Origin: an uncultured Actinomycetes bacterium
GTDB lineage: Bacteria > Actinomycetota > Thermoleophilia > Gaiellales > JAICJC01
Assembly (NCBI GenBank): GCA_963796875.1
Contig: CAWCNL010000004.1
Location: 203,397-267,396, forward strand
Direction: 5' to 3'
DNA: 64,000 nt
Part shown: piece by piece, positions 8,471 through 19,015 of the stretch
Layout of the letters: each line of letters begins with the position of its first letter
Numbering within the stretch: position 1 is the first letter of the stretch
The notes under the pieces: generated by a model
Told to the model about the DNA's origin: nothing
Seen by the model: only the letters and a program-made list of their open reading frames with translations
Database searches by the model: none
Position numbers and translations under genes: made by a program

Positions 8471-9629
8471 ATGGGTCACGCTTCGACACGGCGCGCTGTT
8501 CCTGCAGCGCAGCGCCGCCGCGGGCATTGCGCTCTCGAGCGCCGGACTGTTCTTCGAGACGCCCGCATACGCCGCGGCCACGAAGGTCTATGCATGGGGT
8601 GACAACGCCGACGGACAGCTCGGCGACGGCACCACCACCGCCCACCACTCGCCGGGCGGATCGATCCTGGCAAACGTGATCGACTGCGACGGCGGCCGCG
8701 AACACGCCATCGCCCTCGATGCGAGCGGCGCCGTGTGGTGCTGGGGCATCAATAACTACGGCCAGTGCGGCGACGGCACCACCACCAACCGCAAGACACC
8801 GGTCAAGGTGACGTTCCCCGGCGCCCGGCCGATCATCGCCGTGGCCACCGGCCACTACCACTCCATGGCCCTCGCGGCCGACGGCAGCGTCTGGGCCTGG
8901 GGTTGGAACTCGTTCGGCGTGCTGGGCGACGGCACCACGACCAACCGCAAGACGCCGGTCAAGGTCAGCGGCATCACCGACGCGATCGCCATCGCCGGTG
9001 GCCGCGACCACTCGCTGGCACTGCGCGCCGGACACACCGTGCTCGCCTGGGGCGACAACCAGTACGGCAACCTCGGCACCGGCAATACCACCAACCACAA
9101 GACCCCCGTGGCGGTCACCGGCCTCGCCAACGTCACCCAGATCACGGGCGGTCGCGACCACAGCCTCGCGATCGACTCGAGCGGTGCAGTCTGGGCCTGG
9201 GGCTGGAATCAGTACGGCATGATCGGCGACGGCACCACGGCCAACAAGACCAAGCCGGTCAAGGCCACGGGCATCACCGGAGCGAAGGCCATCACCGCCG
9301 GCGCCAACCACAGCGTCGCGCTGCTCAGCACCGGCAAGGTGTACTGCTGGGGCCAGAACTCCTACGGCCAGCTCGGCGACGGCACCGGGAAGGCACATAC
9401 CAAGCCGACGGTCGTGCCCTCGCTCTCGAACGTGACCGCGGTCGGCACCGGACGGCTGCACACCCTCGCCTCGAGCGCCTCGACCGTATGGGCCTGGGGC
9501 GACAACGAGTTCGGTGAGCTTGGCGACGGCAGCACCACCAAGCGCACCGCACCGGTGGTCGTGCCCGGAATGAGCGGTGCAACATCGCTCGGCGGCGGGC
9601 GCGACTACTCGGTGATCCTCGCCAACTAG
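8471..9629 (+). CDS. Secreted RCC1-repeat (seven-bladed propeller type) protein; start region ambiguous or frameshifted
   Basis: ORF 8208..9629 has repeated [14 protein letters not shown] units. A strong SD (GGGAGGGG at 8456-8463) plus ATG 8471 sits in a different frame from the repeat body (see findings). Confidence 0.85.
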
Positions 9630-9667
9630 CGATACCCTTCTGCCTCGAGCAACTCAGGAGGCCGAGG

Positions 9668-10171
9668 ATGGATTTACGAGGCGTGCAGGAACCGCTCAAG
9701 GCGGGATATCGCAGCGAGCCGGGAAGCTCGCAGATCACGCTCACGGCGCGGGGTCAGAGCGGCGACTCGCCGATCGCGTGCTCGGTCGATCTGGGCCGCG
9801 CGATTCACGAGGCCCAGGCCCACGCCGGGGTCGGTGGCGAGGGTACCGCGGCGTGCTCGGGCGACCTGCTGCTCGGCGCGCTCGCGGCGTGTGCCCAGCT
9901 CACCTGCCAGATGGTGGCCGAGGCGATGGGCCTCGCGGTCGAGCACATCGGTGTGACCGTGGAGGGCGACCTCGACCTGGCCGGGACGCTGGGCATCGAC
10001 CGGGCCGCGCCGGTGGGATTCAGCGCCATCCGCACCACGTTCGATCTCGAGGCGCCAGACGTGAGCGCCGAGGACATGGAGGCGCTGCAGCGGAAGACCG
10101 AGCGCTACTGCGTCGTCTACCAGACGCTCACCTCGCCGCCCGCGGTCGAGACCACCTGGACGAGGAGCTGA
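9668..10171 (+). CDS. OsmC/Ohr family peroxiredoxin-like protein
   Basis: 167 aa with the OsmC-type pattern (LLLGALAACAQLTCQMVAEAMG ... KTERYCVVYQTL, two conserved Cys). Confidence 0.85.
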   Translation: MDLRGVQEPLKAGYRSEPGSSQITLTARGQSGDSPIACSVDLGRAIHEAQAHAGVGGEGTAACSGDLLLGALAACAQLTCQMVAEAMGLAVEHIGVTVEGDLDLAGTLGIDRAAPVGFSAIRTTFDLEAPDVSAEDMEALQRKTERYCVVYQTLTSPPAVETTWTRS

Positions 10172-10172
10172 G

Positions 10173-10682
10173 ATGCCGACCAACTTCGAGCGCGCCTTCG
10201 AGGGCCATCCTGACGTCTACGCCGCGTGGCGGCAGCTGAACGGGTCGATCAAGGAGGGCATGGATGTGCGCCGCTACGAGCTGGCAACTCTCGCGGCCGC
10301 CCAGGCGCTGGGGTCGAGCTACTGCTCGCTGGCCCACGGCAAGATTCTCGCCACCGAGTTCGGAGAACCGGTCGAGGCGATCGTGCGCGACCGCCGCAAT
10401 GCCGGACTGAGCGATGTGGACATCGCGGTGATGGATCTGGCCGAGAAGGTCGCCCGCGCACCGGGAGCGATCTCGGCAGCCGACCTTGACGAGCTCCGCA
10501 ACCTCGGGCTCTCGGACAAGGACGTCATGGACGTCGTGTTGGCGGCCAGCGCGCGCTGCTTCTTCTCGACCGCGCTCGACGCTCTCCTGGTACAGCCCGA
10601 CGCGGCCTTCGACGAACTCGATGCGGGCATGCTCGACGTGCTCGTGGTGGGGCGGCCGATCGCCGCGCGCGCCGCGGGTTGA
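10173..10682 (+). CDS. Carboxymuconolactone decarboxylase / AhpD-like alkylhydroperoxidase family protein
   Basis: 169 aa. Sits 2 nt after the OsmC stop. Helical CMD-like sequence (ATLAAAQALGSSYCSLAHG). Confidence 0.75.
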   Translation: MPTNFERAFEGHPDVYAAWRQLNGSIKEGMDVRRYELATLAAAQALGSSYCSLAHGKILATEFGEPVEAIVRDRRNAGLSDVDIAVMDLAEKVARAPGAISAADLDELRNLGLSDKDVMDVVLAASARCFFSTALDALLVQPDAAFDELDAGMLDVLVVGRPIAARAAG

Positions 10683-10849
10683 CGCGCCGGAGGCTCGCGT
10701 CCGACCCACGCGTTACCGTTTCTTAACGAGAGAACAATCGTCGCTCGGTACGGTTCCTGGCGGTAAGCGAAGCGAGTCTGCACTTCCGCCAGGCAGGACA
10801 AGCGGGAGGCAATATGCGGACTTTTCATGGTCCAAGGAGACAATTTCTG

Positions 10850-11338
10850 ATGTCCTCTCGGTACTACGTCACCGCCGATCTGGGCGGCGGTGAGGAAATC
10901 ATCGGGATCTATTTCGACCAGCGGCTGTTGGCCGAGCATGCTCGGCCCGGCTCCGTGATCCTGGCCGACGTGATCCTCCCCATGTCCTACGAGGTGGAGG
11001 AGTCCTCGATCAGCGATCTGACCTGGTATGAGGCCGTCCGTTTCGTCGACGCTGCCCGCGAAGACGCCGTCGAGCATTCGCGCGAACTTGGCCCCGGTAT
11101 CGCCGTGGGCAAGGCCTTCTCGCTCACTCACGAGGAGGGCGACATCTGGTACGTCGTCACCGACCTCACCGACAGCGAGGCCGAGGTCGAGTGGCGAGGC
11201 TTCGGCGATACCCGCCGCACCGACCGGCGACTGGGTTGGGGCGGCGTGTTCGACCGCAAGATCATCCAGGGCCACATCGCCCGGCACGATGCGATCGCCG
11301 AACTGGGTGGCCTCGCGCTCGAGGCGCTGCTCGCCTAG
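10850..11338 (+). CDS. Hypothetical protein
   Basis: ORF 10814..11338. AAGGAG lies 8 nt upstream of ATG 10850 (MSSRYYVTADLGG). No family recognised. Confidence 0.6.
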   Translation: MSSRYYVTADLGGGEEIIGIYFDQRLLAEHARPGSVILADVILPMSYEVEESSISDLTWYEAVRFVDAAREDAVEHSRELGPGIAVGKAFSLTHEEGDIWYVVTDLTDSEAEVEWRGFGDTRRTDRRLGWGGVFDRKIIQGHIARHDAIAELGGLALEALLA

Positions 11339-11348
11339 AAGCTCGCAG

Positions 11349-11981
11349 CTAGTGCAGCGAGAACGGCGGGTACTCGTCGGTGATCAAGATCTCCATGTAG
11401 GCGGCCACGCGCAGCCCCCAGCGGTGCACGCCGACCACGTAGTCGAACAACCCGCGCGGGTAATGGCCGGTGAACAGGATCGCAAACCAGGCGGCGATCA
11501 CGGCAAAGATTACTCCGATGCCGAGGAAGAACAGGCAGAAGTAATGCGGGATGGCGAGCAGCCACTTGACCAGCGGCATCCAGCGTGACAGCACGCTCGA
11601 GCGTCTGGCCGCTGGAGCTGCGAGGTGCACCGTCTGCTCCTCGTCGGTGGACGGGTACTGGTCGTTGAGCAGCGCCCCGTAGGCGGTCACGCGGGTGGTG
11701 AACCGCGTCAGCTCGAGGTTCCAGTCAAACCACCAGCCTGGATACTTGCGGCGAAAGAGCAGCATCAGGACGACGGGCATGACCAGGATGCCGCCGCCGG
11801 TGGCGACCGTGCGCACGGCTTCACCGTTCACCGTGACCGTGTACGACGAGTGCGAGACGAGCGCGATCAGGATCCCGATGGGGATCAGGTAGAACAGTCG
11901 CAGGAGCGTCGAGAGCCGGTCGAGCGACCGGTCGGGATAGTCGATCTCGAGCGTGGCGGGATATGGGGCGCGTGTGTGCAT
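11349..11981 (-). CDS. DUF4389-type membrane protein
   Basis: 210 aa. Hallmark C-terminal block FTGHYPRGLFDYVVGVHRWGLRVAAYMEILITDEYPPFSL. Confidence 0.8.
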   Translation of the reverse strand: MHTRAPYPATLEIDYPDRSLDRLSTLLRLFYLIPIGILIALVSHSSYTVTVNGEAVRTVATGGGILVMPVVLMLLFRRKYPGWWFDWNLELTRFTTRVTAYGALLNDQYPSTDEEQTVHLAAPAARRSSVLSRWMPLVKWLLAIPHYFCLFFLGIGVIFAVIAAWFAILFTGHYPRGLFDYVVGVHRWGLRVAAYMEILITDEYPPFSLH

Positions 11982-12042
11982 GCTTGGCCGTTCGCCCGCC
12001 TTCGCCGCGTTCCTGCCCGCCGAGCCGCACTATCCTGCGTGC

Positions 12043-12225
12043 ATGTCTCTCTCCAAACGCGACCAAAAGCAGCGCCAGATGGTGCGGGGCGGCTACGCCG
12101 GGATCGGCGTGGGCGTCGTCCTGCTGCTGTTCGCACTCTCGGCCGGCTCGATCATCATCGGCATCCTCGGGATCGTCGTGCTGGCGATCGCGGGTTGGGT
12201 GACCAAGCAGGTGCGCTCGCTCTAG
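12043..12225 (+). CDS. Small membrane protein (60 aa)
   Basis: Internal ATG of ORF 11953..12225: MSLSKRDQKQRQMVRGGYAGIGVGVVLLLFALSAGSIIIGILGIVVLAIAGWV. Confidence 0.5.
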   Translation: MSLSKRDQKQRQMVRGGYAGIGVGVVLLLFALSAGSIIIGILGIVVLAIAGWVTKQVRSL

Positions 12226-12413
12226 CCGCGCCTGGCCGTCGCGCGGCCGGCCGACCACCACAGCGCCATCACCACGACGGCAGGGAGCGCCCACCAGCCG
12301 GGCAGACCGGCGGCGGTGATCGCGGCCGCCGCGGCAACGCCGATGACGGCACCCAGCGCCGGGCGCCAGTCGTCGCCGGCGATGAACTCGGAGACGGCAT
12401 GAAACGCGTTCAC
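12222..12413 (-). CDS. Small membrane protein (63 aa), GTGA-coupled to the upstream gene
   Basis: GTG at 12413 overlaps stop 12412-12410. VNAFHAVSEFIAGDDWRPALGAVIGVAAAAAITAAGLPGWWALPAVVVMALWW. Confidence 0.4.
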   Translation of the reverse strand: MNAFHAVSEFIAGDDWRPALGAVIGVAAAAAITAAGLPGWWALPAVVVMALWWSAGRATARRG

Positions 12414-13151
12414 TCGCCCACCTCCAGGGCGGTCGGCCGGGGTCGCAGCGCGTCGACCATCAGCCACGCGGCCCCTGCATAGATCCCAAGCAGCGGCAGA
12501 ATCATCACGTCGCCGCCCGGCCACCCGATCGATGCCCCCTCGCCGGCCCAGAACGTGCCGAACGTGGTCAGCAGGAGGCCCACGGCGAACTTGATCGCGT
12601 TCTCGGGTACGCGGGCCAGGGGCGCACGCACCGCCACGCCAACGGCGGTGACCACGAGCACGGCTGCGATCGCGGCGAGCGGCGGCGAGCCCGACCCGAC
12701 CCTGGGTCGACCCGAACGTGATGACGATGAACGCCACCTCAAGGCCCTCGAGCAGCGTGACCTTGAACGTCATCGCAAAGCTGTAGCGGTCGAGCCCCGC
12801 CCTCGCGCCCGGCATTTCCTGCGCCACACGCAGGTCGCGCGCAAAGGCGGCATCCTCGTCGCGCTGGGCCAGGACGCCGGCCGCGCGCAGGATCGCCTTG
12901 CGCAGCCATTGCAGCCCGAAGATCAGGAGCAGCACGCCCACGATCAGCCGCAGCGCGTCGATCGGTATCGAGGTCAGCGCCGAGCCGAGGATCGCGACGA
13001 TCACCGCCAGCACCGCAAGTCCCACGGCGACGCCGATCAGCGCCGAGCGATAGCCTCGGCTGAGGCCCATCGCGAGCACCACGGTAAGGGCCTCGACGGC
13101 CTCGACCGCGCTCGCTAGAAACGCGGTGACAAACAGCAGGACGGGAGTCAC
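12410..13151 (-). pseudogene. Multi-pass membrane protein (COG4280 / GDT1-UPF0016-like), frame break near 12680
   Basis: The N-terminal half is in ORF 12222..13238 (EAVEALTVVLA, LEGLEVAFIVITFG). The C-terminal half is in ORF 12410..12742. A 1-nt correction gives RVGLAAALAAIAAVLVVTAVG. Confidence 0.6.
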
Positions 13152-13264
13152 GCACCCGCACCGTACCCGCACAATCTGAGAATCGCCTGCCGGATGCGAC
13201 CGCCACGTGACCGCAACGTCGGCAACCTGGTTCGCCAAAGCGGATCACGGGTAGAGGCACTGGA

Positions 13265-14504
13265 ATGCCAACCGCGCTCTACGAGGTTCTTGCGCTCGCG
13301 CTGCTCGCCGCCACGCTGGGGTTTGCGGTGGCGCGGCCGCGAGGACTGCCCGAGGCGATCGTGGCGGTGCCTGCCGCACTGGCCCTGGTGGCCGTCGGCG
13401 CACTCAGCGGCGCCCAGGCCCGATCGGAGCTACGCGAGCTGGCCCCAACGGTGCTCTTCCTGGCCGCGGTGCTTGTGCTCGCCGATCTGAGCGAGCGGCA
13501 CGGCGTGTTCGCGGCGGCGGGAAGCTGGATGGCTCGGGCCAGCGGCGGTCGGCCGGTGGCCCTGCTGGGGCTGGTGTTCGGGGTCGCCGCGGTCGTCACG
13601 GCCGCGTTGAGCCTCGACGCCACAATCGTGCTGCTCACCCCGGCCGTCTTCCAGACGGTGCTGCGGCTACGGGTGCGCGCCAAGCCGCATGTCTACGCGT
13701 GCACCCACCTCGCCAACTCGGGGTCGCTGCTGCTTCCCGTCTCGAACCTCACAAACCTGCTCGCCTACCGCGCCAGTGGACTCACGTTCTCGCATTTCGC
13801 AGCGCTGATGGCGCTCCCCTGGCTCGCCGCGATCGTCGTGGAGTGGTTCGTGTTTCGGCGGTTCTTCGATGCCGATCTGGGTGGCCGGGGAGTGGCGCTC
13901 GACGAGCCGGTAGCCGTGCCACTCTTCGCGGTGACGGTGCTCGGTCTGACGCTGCTCGGGTTCTTCGTCACCTCGGCGTTCGGCGTCAGCCCGGCGTGGG
14001 CGGCGCTCGCCGGAGCGATCGTGCTCGCCGCGCCGCTGCTGCGCCGCCGAGCACTCTCCGCCCACCTCGGTCGGCTCCGCGCTCGACCTGCCGTTCCTGG
14101 CCTTCGTGCTCGGCCTGGGCCTGATCGTGAAGGCCGTTTCGGTGCACGGCCTGGGCGATCTGGTGGCCGATGTCGTGCCCACCGGGCACTCGCTCGCCGC
14201 CCTGCTCGCAATCGCGGTGCTCGCGGCGATCCTCGCAAGCCTGGTCAATAACCTGCCGGCCGTCCTGCTGCTGCTTCCCGCAGTCGCCGGCGCCGGGCCG
14301 GTTCTGGCGGTGCTCGTCGGCGTGAACATCGGCCCCAACCTGACCTACACCGGGTCGCTCGCGACACTTCTGTGGCGGCGGATTCTGCAGCGCCACGATG
14401 CACCGCCCTCGATCAGCGAGTTCGTGCGGCTGGGTGCGATCACCGTCCCGCTGGGCGTGGTCGCCGCAACCGTGGCCCTCTGGGTGTCGCTGAGGGTGGC
14501 ATGA
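13265..14504 (+). pseudogene. ArsB/NhaD-superfamily permease (arsenical pump membrane protein / YbiR-like), frame break near 14055
   Basis: ORF 13265..14251 is good to ...AAPLLRRRA. It continues in the 14106..14504 frame (SALDLPFLAFVLGLGLIVKAV ... NNLPAVLLLLP ... GVNIGPNLTYTGSLATLLW). Confidence 0.8.
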
Positions 14505-15016
14505 TGAAGGGCATGCGAGCCGCGATCTGGATCGTCGAAGGCACCTGGCAGGGCTGCGTTGACGCCGCTCGCGACCTGCTGCCCGCAGATGCCGAGGTGC
14601 TGCTGCTGCACGCCGCCTCGGAGGATGCGCAGCGGGCGCTGGAGGGAGCGGTCGGCGGCCTGCTCGGCCGAGGCCCGCACCACCATCCGTCCGGGCCCAC
14701 GCTGAGCGCGCTCTCGGCGGCCGAGGCCGATGCGCTCCTGGCAGGCGCCGAGCAGCGCTTGGGCCGCGGGTCGCTGGGACGCATCCATGTGCAGTCCGGC
14801 GTGCGCGCAGAGCGGGCGATCGTCGATGCGCTGACCGCCGTCGACGTACTGGTGGTCGCCCGCGACGGCGAACGCTCGCGGCTGGGCCCCCACAGCTTCG
14901 GGCACATGACGCGGTTCGTGGTCGATCACGCGCCGTGCACGGTGATCGTGGCCTGGCCGGACGAGGCTCCGTCGCCTCAGACCATTCCCCCGCCCCCACC
15001 TCATCCACCGCATTGA
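14501..15016 (+). CDS. Universal stress protein family
   Basis: The tail of ORF 14372..15016 from MMKGMRAAIW. ATG 14501 overlaps the ArsB-like stop 14502-14504. C-terminal GSVTxxVxxxAxCPV-like block GHMTRFVVDHAPCTVIVA. Confidence 0.75.
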   Translation: MMKGMRAAIWIVEGTWQGCVDAARDLLPADAEVLLLHAASEDAQRALEGAVGGLLGRGPHHHPSGPTLSALSAAEADALLAGAEQRLGRGSLGRIHVQSGVRAERAIVDALTAVDVLVVARDGERSRLGPHSFGHMTRFVVDHAPCTVIVAWPDEAPSPQTIPPPPPHPPH

Positions 15017-15720
15017 GGCAGGTGGCCGTCACCGGAGCCGCCGGCGGGATTGGCTCGCTGATCGTCCCGCGGCTCGCCGGCCGATGGCAGATCCGCGCCA
15101 CCGACCTGCGCCCCGCAGATGGTGTGGAGCAGCTCGACGTGACCTCGATTGACGACTGCCGGAAGGCGTTCGCTGGGGCCGACGCCGTGGTGCATCTGGC
15201 CGCCGATCCCTCCCCCGAGGCGGATTGGCAGGCGCTGCACGGCCCGAACGTGCAGGGGGCCTACGCAGTCTCGGCGGCGGCGCGGGATGCCGGGGTGCGG
15301 CGGCTGGTGCTGGCCTCGAGCCAGCAGGCGGTCTCGGGCTATGACCAGACCCGCCAGCGGCGGTCGGCTGATGCACCGCTTCCGGCAAACCTCTATGGAG
15401 CGACGAAGGCCTGGGTCGAGGCGCTCGGAGGGTGGGTCGCGACCACCTCCGAGACCTCGGTGGTGGCGTTGCGGATCGGGTACTTCGCTGCCCAGCCGCC
15501 GGCCGGTGAGGATGCGACGCCGCGCAATCTGGCCGCCTGGTTGAGCCACGACGACTGCGTGAAGCTGATCTGCGCAGCGGTCGAGACCGAACGCTCGGGG
15601 TTCATCGTTGTGAACGGCATCTCGGCCAACCGTCACCGGCACGCCGAGCTGGGCGACGCCGAGCGCGCGATCGGCTACCACCCCGCCGACGACGCCTGGC
15701 AGCACTCCTCGGATGAATGA
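15013..15720 (+). CDS. NAD-dependent epimerase/dehydratase (extended SDR)
   Basis: VAVTGAAGGIGS Rossmann motif and YGATK catalytic YxxxK. TTG 15013 or GTG 15022 start, overlapping the Usp stop. Confidence 0.8.
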   Translation: MRQVAVTGAAGGIGSLIVPRLAGRWQIRATDLRPADGVEQLDVTSIDDCRKAFAGADAVVHLAADPSPEADWQALHGPNVQGAYAVSAAARDAGVRRLVLASSQQAVSGYDQTRQRRSADAPLPANLYGATKAWVEALGGWVATTSETSVVALRIGYFAAQPPAGEDATPRNLAAWLSHDDCVKLICAAVETERSGFIVVNGISANRHRHAELGDAERAIGYHPADDAWQHSSDE

Positions 15721-15721
15721 A

Positions 15722-15736
15722 AGGGGTCTGACCCCT
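15722..15736 (+). terminator. Short GC hairpin after the epimerase stop (AGGGGTC-T-GACCCCT) followed by GTTATT
   Basis: Palindrome read directly 2 nt after stop 15720. The T-tract is weak. Confidence 0.35.
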
Positions 15737-15799
15737 GTTATTCAGAGCACTTCTGGTTTCGCTATTGAGCCTCTCGGCTGAAATGCCGACAACGCTCGT

Positions 15800-16450
15800 G
15801 TGAAGTCGATTCGCATCCCTGCCGCAGTGGCTGCCGCCGCCGCAAGCGCACTGCTCGCCTCGGGCTGTGGCCTGATGAGCTCGAGCCCCGCCACCCTGCC
15901 CGGTTCGCAGGCCAGAGTCACGCCTTCCGAGTCCGTGCAGCAGATGGTGTTGCAGTCCGGCGACGTGAGCGCCTACGAGCTGCAGGATCAGGGCGGGGAG
16001 AAGCTCAGCGAGCAGTTTCCGCCGGTGGGCACGCCGCATCGCGCGGCGGCCATCGCCCTGCTGCGCAAGAACTGGCTTGCAAGCCGCCATTCGATGCTGC
16101 TCGACCAGTCGGACAACTACCGCGTGGTGAGCGACGTGAACCTGTTCAAGACCGCCGCCGCCGCACACAGGATCTGGAAGCTCGAGATCCAGAAGAAGGG
16201 TGTGACGAGGCTGCAGGTGCCCACCGGCGCGCCACCCAACTCCGTGCTCTTCGCGTGGGTCGACGGCGGAAATCTGCAGTACTGGCTCGGTTGGCAGCGC
16301 GATCGCGTGATCGCCTACGTCGCGCTCTCGTCCGATACGGGCACTACCGACGCGCCGAGCGCGACCGCGATTCAATCGCTAAACCTGGCCGCTCACGCAC
16401 TCGACGCCAAGGTGCGCGGCGCCCTCTTGATCGCCTCACCGAACGCCTGA
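15800..16450 (+). CDS. Lipoprotein, hypothetical
   Basis: Signal plus lipobox: MKSIRIPAAVAAAAASALLASGC. Confidence 0.7.
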   Translation: MKSIRIPAAVAAAAASALLASGCGLMSSSPATLPGSQARVTPSESVQQMVLQSGDVSAYELQDQGGEKLSEQFPPVGTPHRAAAIALLRKNWLASRHSMLLDQSDNYRVVSDVNLFKTAAAAHRIWKLEIQKKGVTRLQVPTGAPPNSVLFAWVDGGNLQYWLGWQRDRVIAYVALSSDTGTTDAPSATAIQSLNLAAHALDAKVRGALLIASPNA

Positions 16451-16473
16451 ACCCGGCCAGCAGCTGACGAGGG

Positions 16474-18451
16474 GTGCCCGGACTCCGGGGACGATACAAC
16501 GTAGTACGGTACAGTTCGGGGATCGAGGCCCCGCTTCCCACTTCGAACCACCCCGCCGCCAGACGCCTGATACTCGGCGTGGCCACCTGGTGTCGTACGT
16601 CACCCGCCGGGCTCCTGGCCCTCGGCGTCGTGATCGGCCTCACCGCCGGGGTGGGCGCCGTGCTCTTCCGCGAGCTCGTGGTGGGCGCCACGCAGATCTT
16701 CTCCGGGCACCGCGACTTCAGCGCCGCCGGCCGGGTGCCAAACGGTCACATCGCCGTGCTGGGAATCTGGTTCATCATCCTCGCGCCGGTGGTCGGAGGT
16801 CTGATCTACGGCCCCCTGATCGAGCGCTACGCAAGCGAGGCGAAGGGCCACGGCGTGCCTGAGGTGATGCTCGCGGTGTCGGAGAACGGCGGGCGCATCC
16901 GGCCCCGGGTGGCGGCGATCAAGTCTGCCGCCTCGGCGATCTGCATCGGCTGTGGCGGATCGGTTGGCCGCGAGGGCCCAATCGTCCAGATCGGGTCGGC
17001 GCTGGGGAGTTCGTGCGGGCAGGCGTTCGGGCTCTCCGAATCGCGGCTGCGGCTGCTGGTCGCGTGCGGTGCGGCCGGCGGAATCTCGGCGACCTTCAAC
17101 GCGCCCATCGCGGGCGTCTTCTTCGCCCTCGAGCTGATCCTGCGCGACTTCGAGTTCGAATCCTTCGGGGTCGTCGTGCTCAGCTCGGTCGCGGCCGGCG
17201 CTGTCGGCCGCGCCGCGTTCGGCTCGGCCCCGTTCCTGACCATTCCTGCCTTCCAGCAGCGGTCGGTCTGGGAGTACGGGTTTTACATCGGTCTGGGTCT
17301 GGCTGCCGCGGTGATCGGCACGGCGTTTGTGCGGGTGCTCTACGGCATGGAAGATGCCGCCGACCGCATCTGGCGAGGGCCGGCGTGGATGAGGCCGGCC
17401 GTCGGAGGCGTGCTGCTGGGAGTGCTCCTGCTCGCCATGCCCCAGCTGTACGGGGTCGGGCTATCCGGTGCTCGAGCGGGCGGTGAACGGCAACTACGCG
17501 CTGTGGTTTCTGCTCTTGCTGCTGTGCGGCAAGATCGCCGCCACGAGCCTGACCATGTCGATCGGCGGGTCGGGCGGCGTGTTTGCCCCGTCGCTCTTCA
17601 TGGGCGCGATGCTGGGCGCCGCGTTCGGCGATGCGGCCGCGCAGCTTGCACCCCACGCCACCGGCCCGACCGGCGCCTACGCACTCGTCGGCATGGGCGC
17701 TGTGTTCGCCGCCGCCTCGCGGGCGCCGATCACGGCCGTGATCATCATCTTCGAACTGACCGGCGACTACCACATCATCCTGCCGCTGATGGTCGCGGTG
17801 GTGATCGCGGTATCCCTCGCCGCGCTGCTTTCGGGCGAGTCGATCTACACCGCGAAGCTGCGCCGCCGCGGCGTCGACCTGCGCCGCCATCGGCAGTTCA
17901 TCAGCCGCAAGTTGACCGCCGGCGAGGCCGCCAGGCCGCTACCACCAGCGGTGGCGGCCGACGAACCTCTGGCCGCGCTGCTGGAGCGCTTTGCGCGCAG
18001 CGGCGAGCCGGTGCTTCCGGTGTACGAGGATGACGGCCACCTCGTCGGCGCCGTGAACGCCCGCACGCTCGACGAGGCGGCGAGCGGCGGCCGGCTTGCC
18101 GCAACGGCCGCAGACCTGGCCGAGCCCGTCACGTCGGTGGCCGCCGGGCAACGCCTGGACGACGTGCTCGACCAGATGCTCGCGCTTCACGCAGACGCGT
18201 TGCCGGTCGCCGACGACGATGGCAAGATGATCGGCTGGATCACCCACCGCGATGTGCTGATCGCCTACCGCAACGAGCTTCCCCAGATACGGGGGGGAAA
18301 CTCGTCACGACCGGCGCCCGGGCCGCTGCGGGGGGCAAAGAGTTTCGTGGATTTATACCGTAGTACGATCTATTATTCGGCGCATGGGAAGGTACATCGT
18401 GACGGCGGTTGCGGAACTGGAAGCCGGCGACGACCTCGGCGCGTGGCATGA
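16474..18451 (+). pseudogene. ClC voltage-gated chloride channel with C-terminal CBS pair, frame break near 17460
   Basis: GSVGREGP, GISATFNAPIAG and GGVFAPSLFMGA motifs. ORF 16474..18033 and ORF 17468..18451 join at YGVG / YPVLERAV. The C-terminal end is uncertain (G7 run at 18292-18298). Confidence 0.9.
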
Positions 18452-18662
18452 GGCGCACAAGGGCACCCACCTCCTGCACTGGGAAGTTTCTACCGTGCGC
18501 CCGCTCGATCGTCCCGAGCAAACCATCGCGTTTCACACGGCCACCGACGAGCAGGTCGGCAAGGTCAGGCTCGGGCGGGCGATCGGGTTGAGCGCGACGA
18601 TCCTCGCCGCAGTCGCGTTTCCGAGCCATCTGGCTCTGACCTCACTGTTCCCGGGGTGGTGA
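18384..18662 (+). CDS. Hypothetical small protein
   Basis: ORF track 92 aa. An alternative GTG at 18399 sits after GGAAGG. No family recognised. Confidence 0.35.
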   Translation: MGRYIVTAVAELEAGDDLGAWHEAHKGTHLLHWEVSTVRPLDRPEQTIAFHTATDEQVGKVRLGRAIGLSATILAAVAFPSHLALTSLFPGW

Positions 18663-18682
18663 AAATGCTCGTCGGGCTCCCT

Positions 18683-19015
18683 TCACCGACCGGTTTGAAC
18701 AGCGCCACCCGTAGCGCTCGCCGCCACCACACTGATCTCGGTCGGGGCGAACTTGTCCACGTACTGCTGCACCCTTGCCATGCGGGGCTTGAACTCGGGC
18801 GAGGATTTCCACGCCCGGACGGCGTCGAGATCGTCCCATCCGACGATGCTGACGAACCGTTCGGGGTCTCTCAGATCGCGGGCCAGGACGGCCTGCTGCG
18901 CGCCGGGCAACTGCGCCGACCAGTTGGCGAACTCCTCCCAGGCATCCAGGAACGCCTGCTCGCTGCCCGCAAACGGCCGCCACGACCCGGTGGTGTAGAC
19001 CGGTGTGGCCGTCAC
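18683..19015 (-). CDS. Antibiotic-biosynthesis-monooxygenase (ABM) domain protein
   Basis: 110 aa. Typical ABM pattern (FVSIVGWDDLDAVRAWKSSPEF). Confidence 0.8.
   Translation of the reverse strand: MTATPVYTTGSWRPFAGSEQAFLDAWEEFANWSAQLPGAQQAVLARDLRDPERFVSIVGWDDLDAVRAWKSSPEFKPRMARVQQYVDKFAPTEISVVAASATGGAVQTGR

Noticed and set aside
10683-10849. Lower-GC 170-bp leader with an 8-bp stem (CCTGGCGG...CCGCCAGG) before the hypothetical gene at 10850, as a possible riboswitch or sRNA.
   Set aside because: I could recognise no known riboswitch core sequence. A single short stem is insufficient evidence.
16380-16475. Fluoride riboswitch (crcB motif) upstream of the ClC channel gene.
   Set aside because: I found no GGxGAUGG...CUGAUG-type conserved core in the leader. 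This ClC also carries CBS domains, which is not the fluoride-specific subtype.
16500-18370. The shared word CGTAGTACG occurs on both flanks of the ClC gene (about 16500 and about 18358).
   Set aside because: A 9-bp match occurring twice in 64 kb is weak, with no extended similarity or inverted or direct repeat context.
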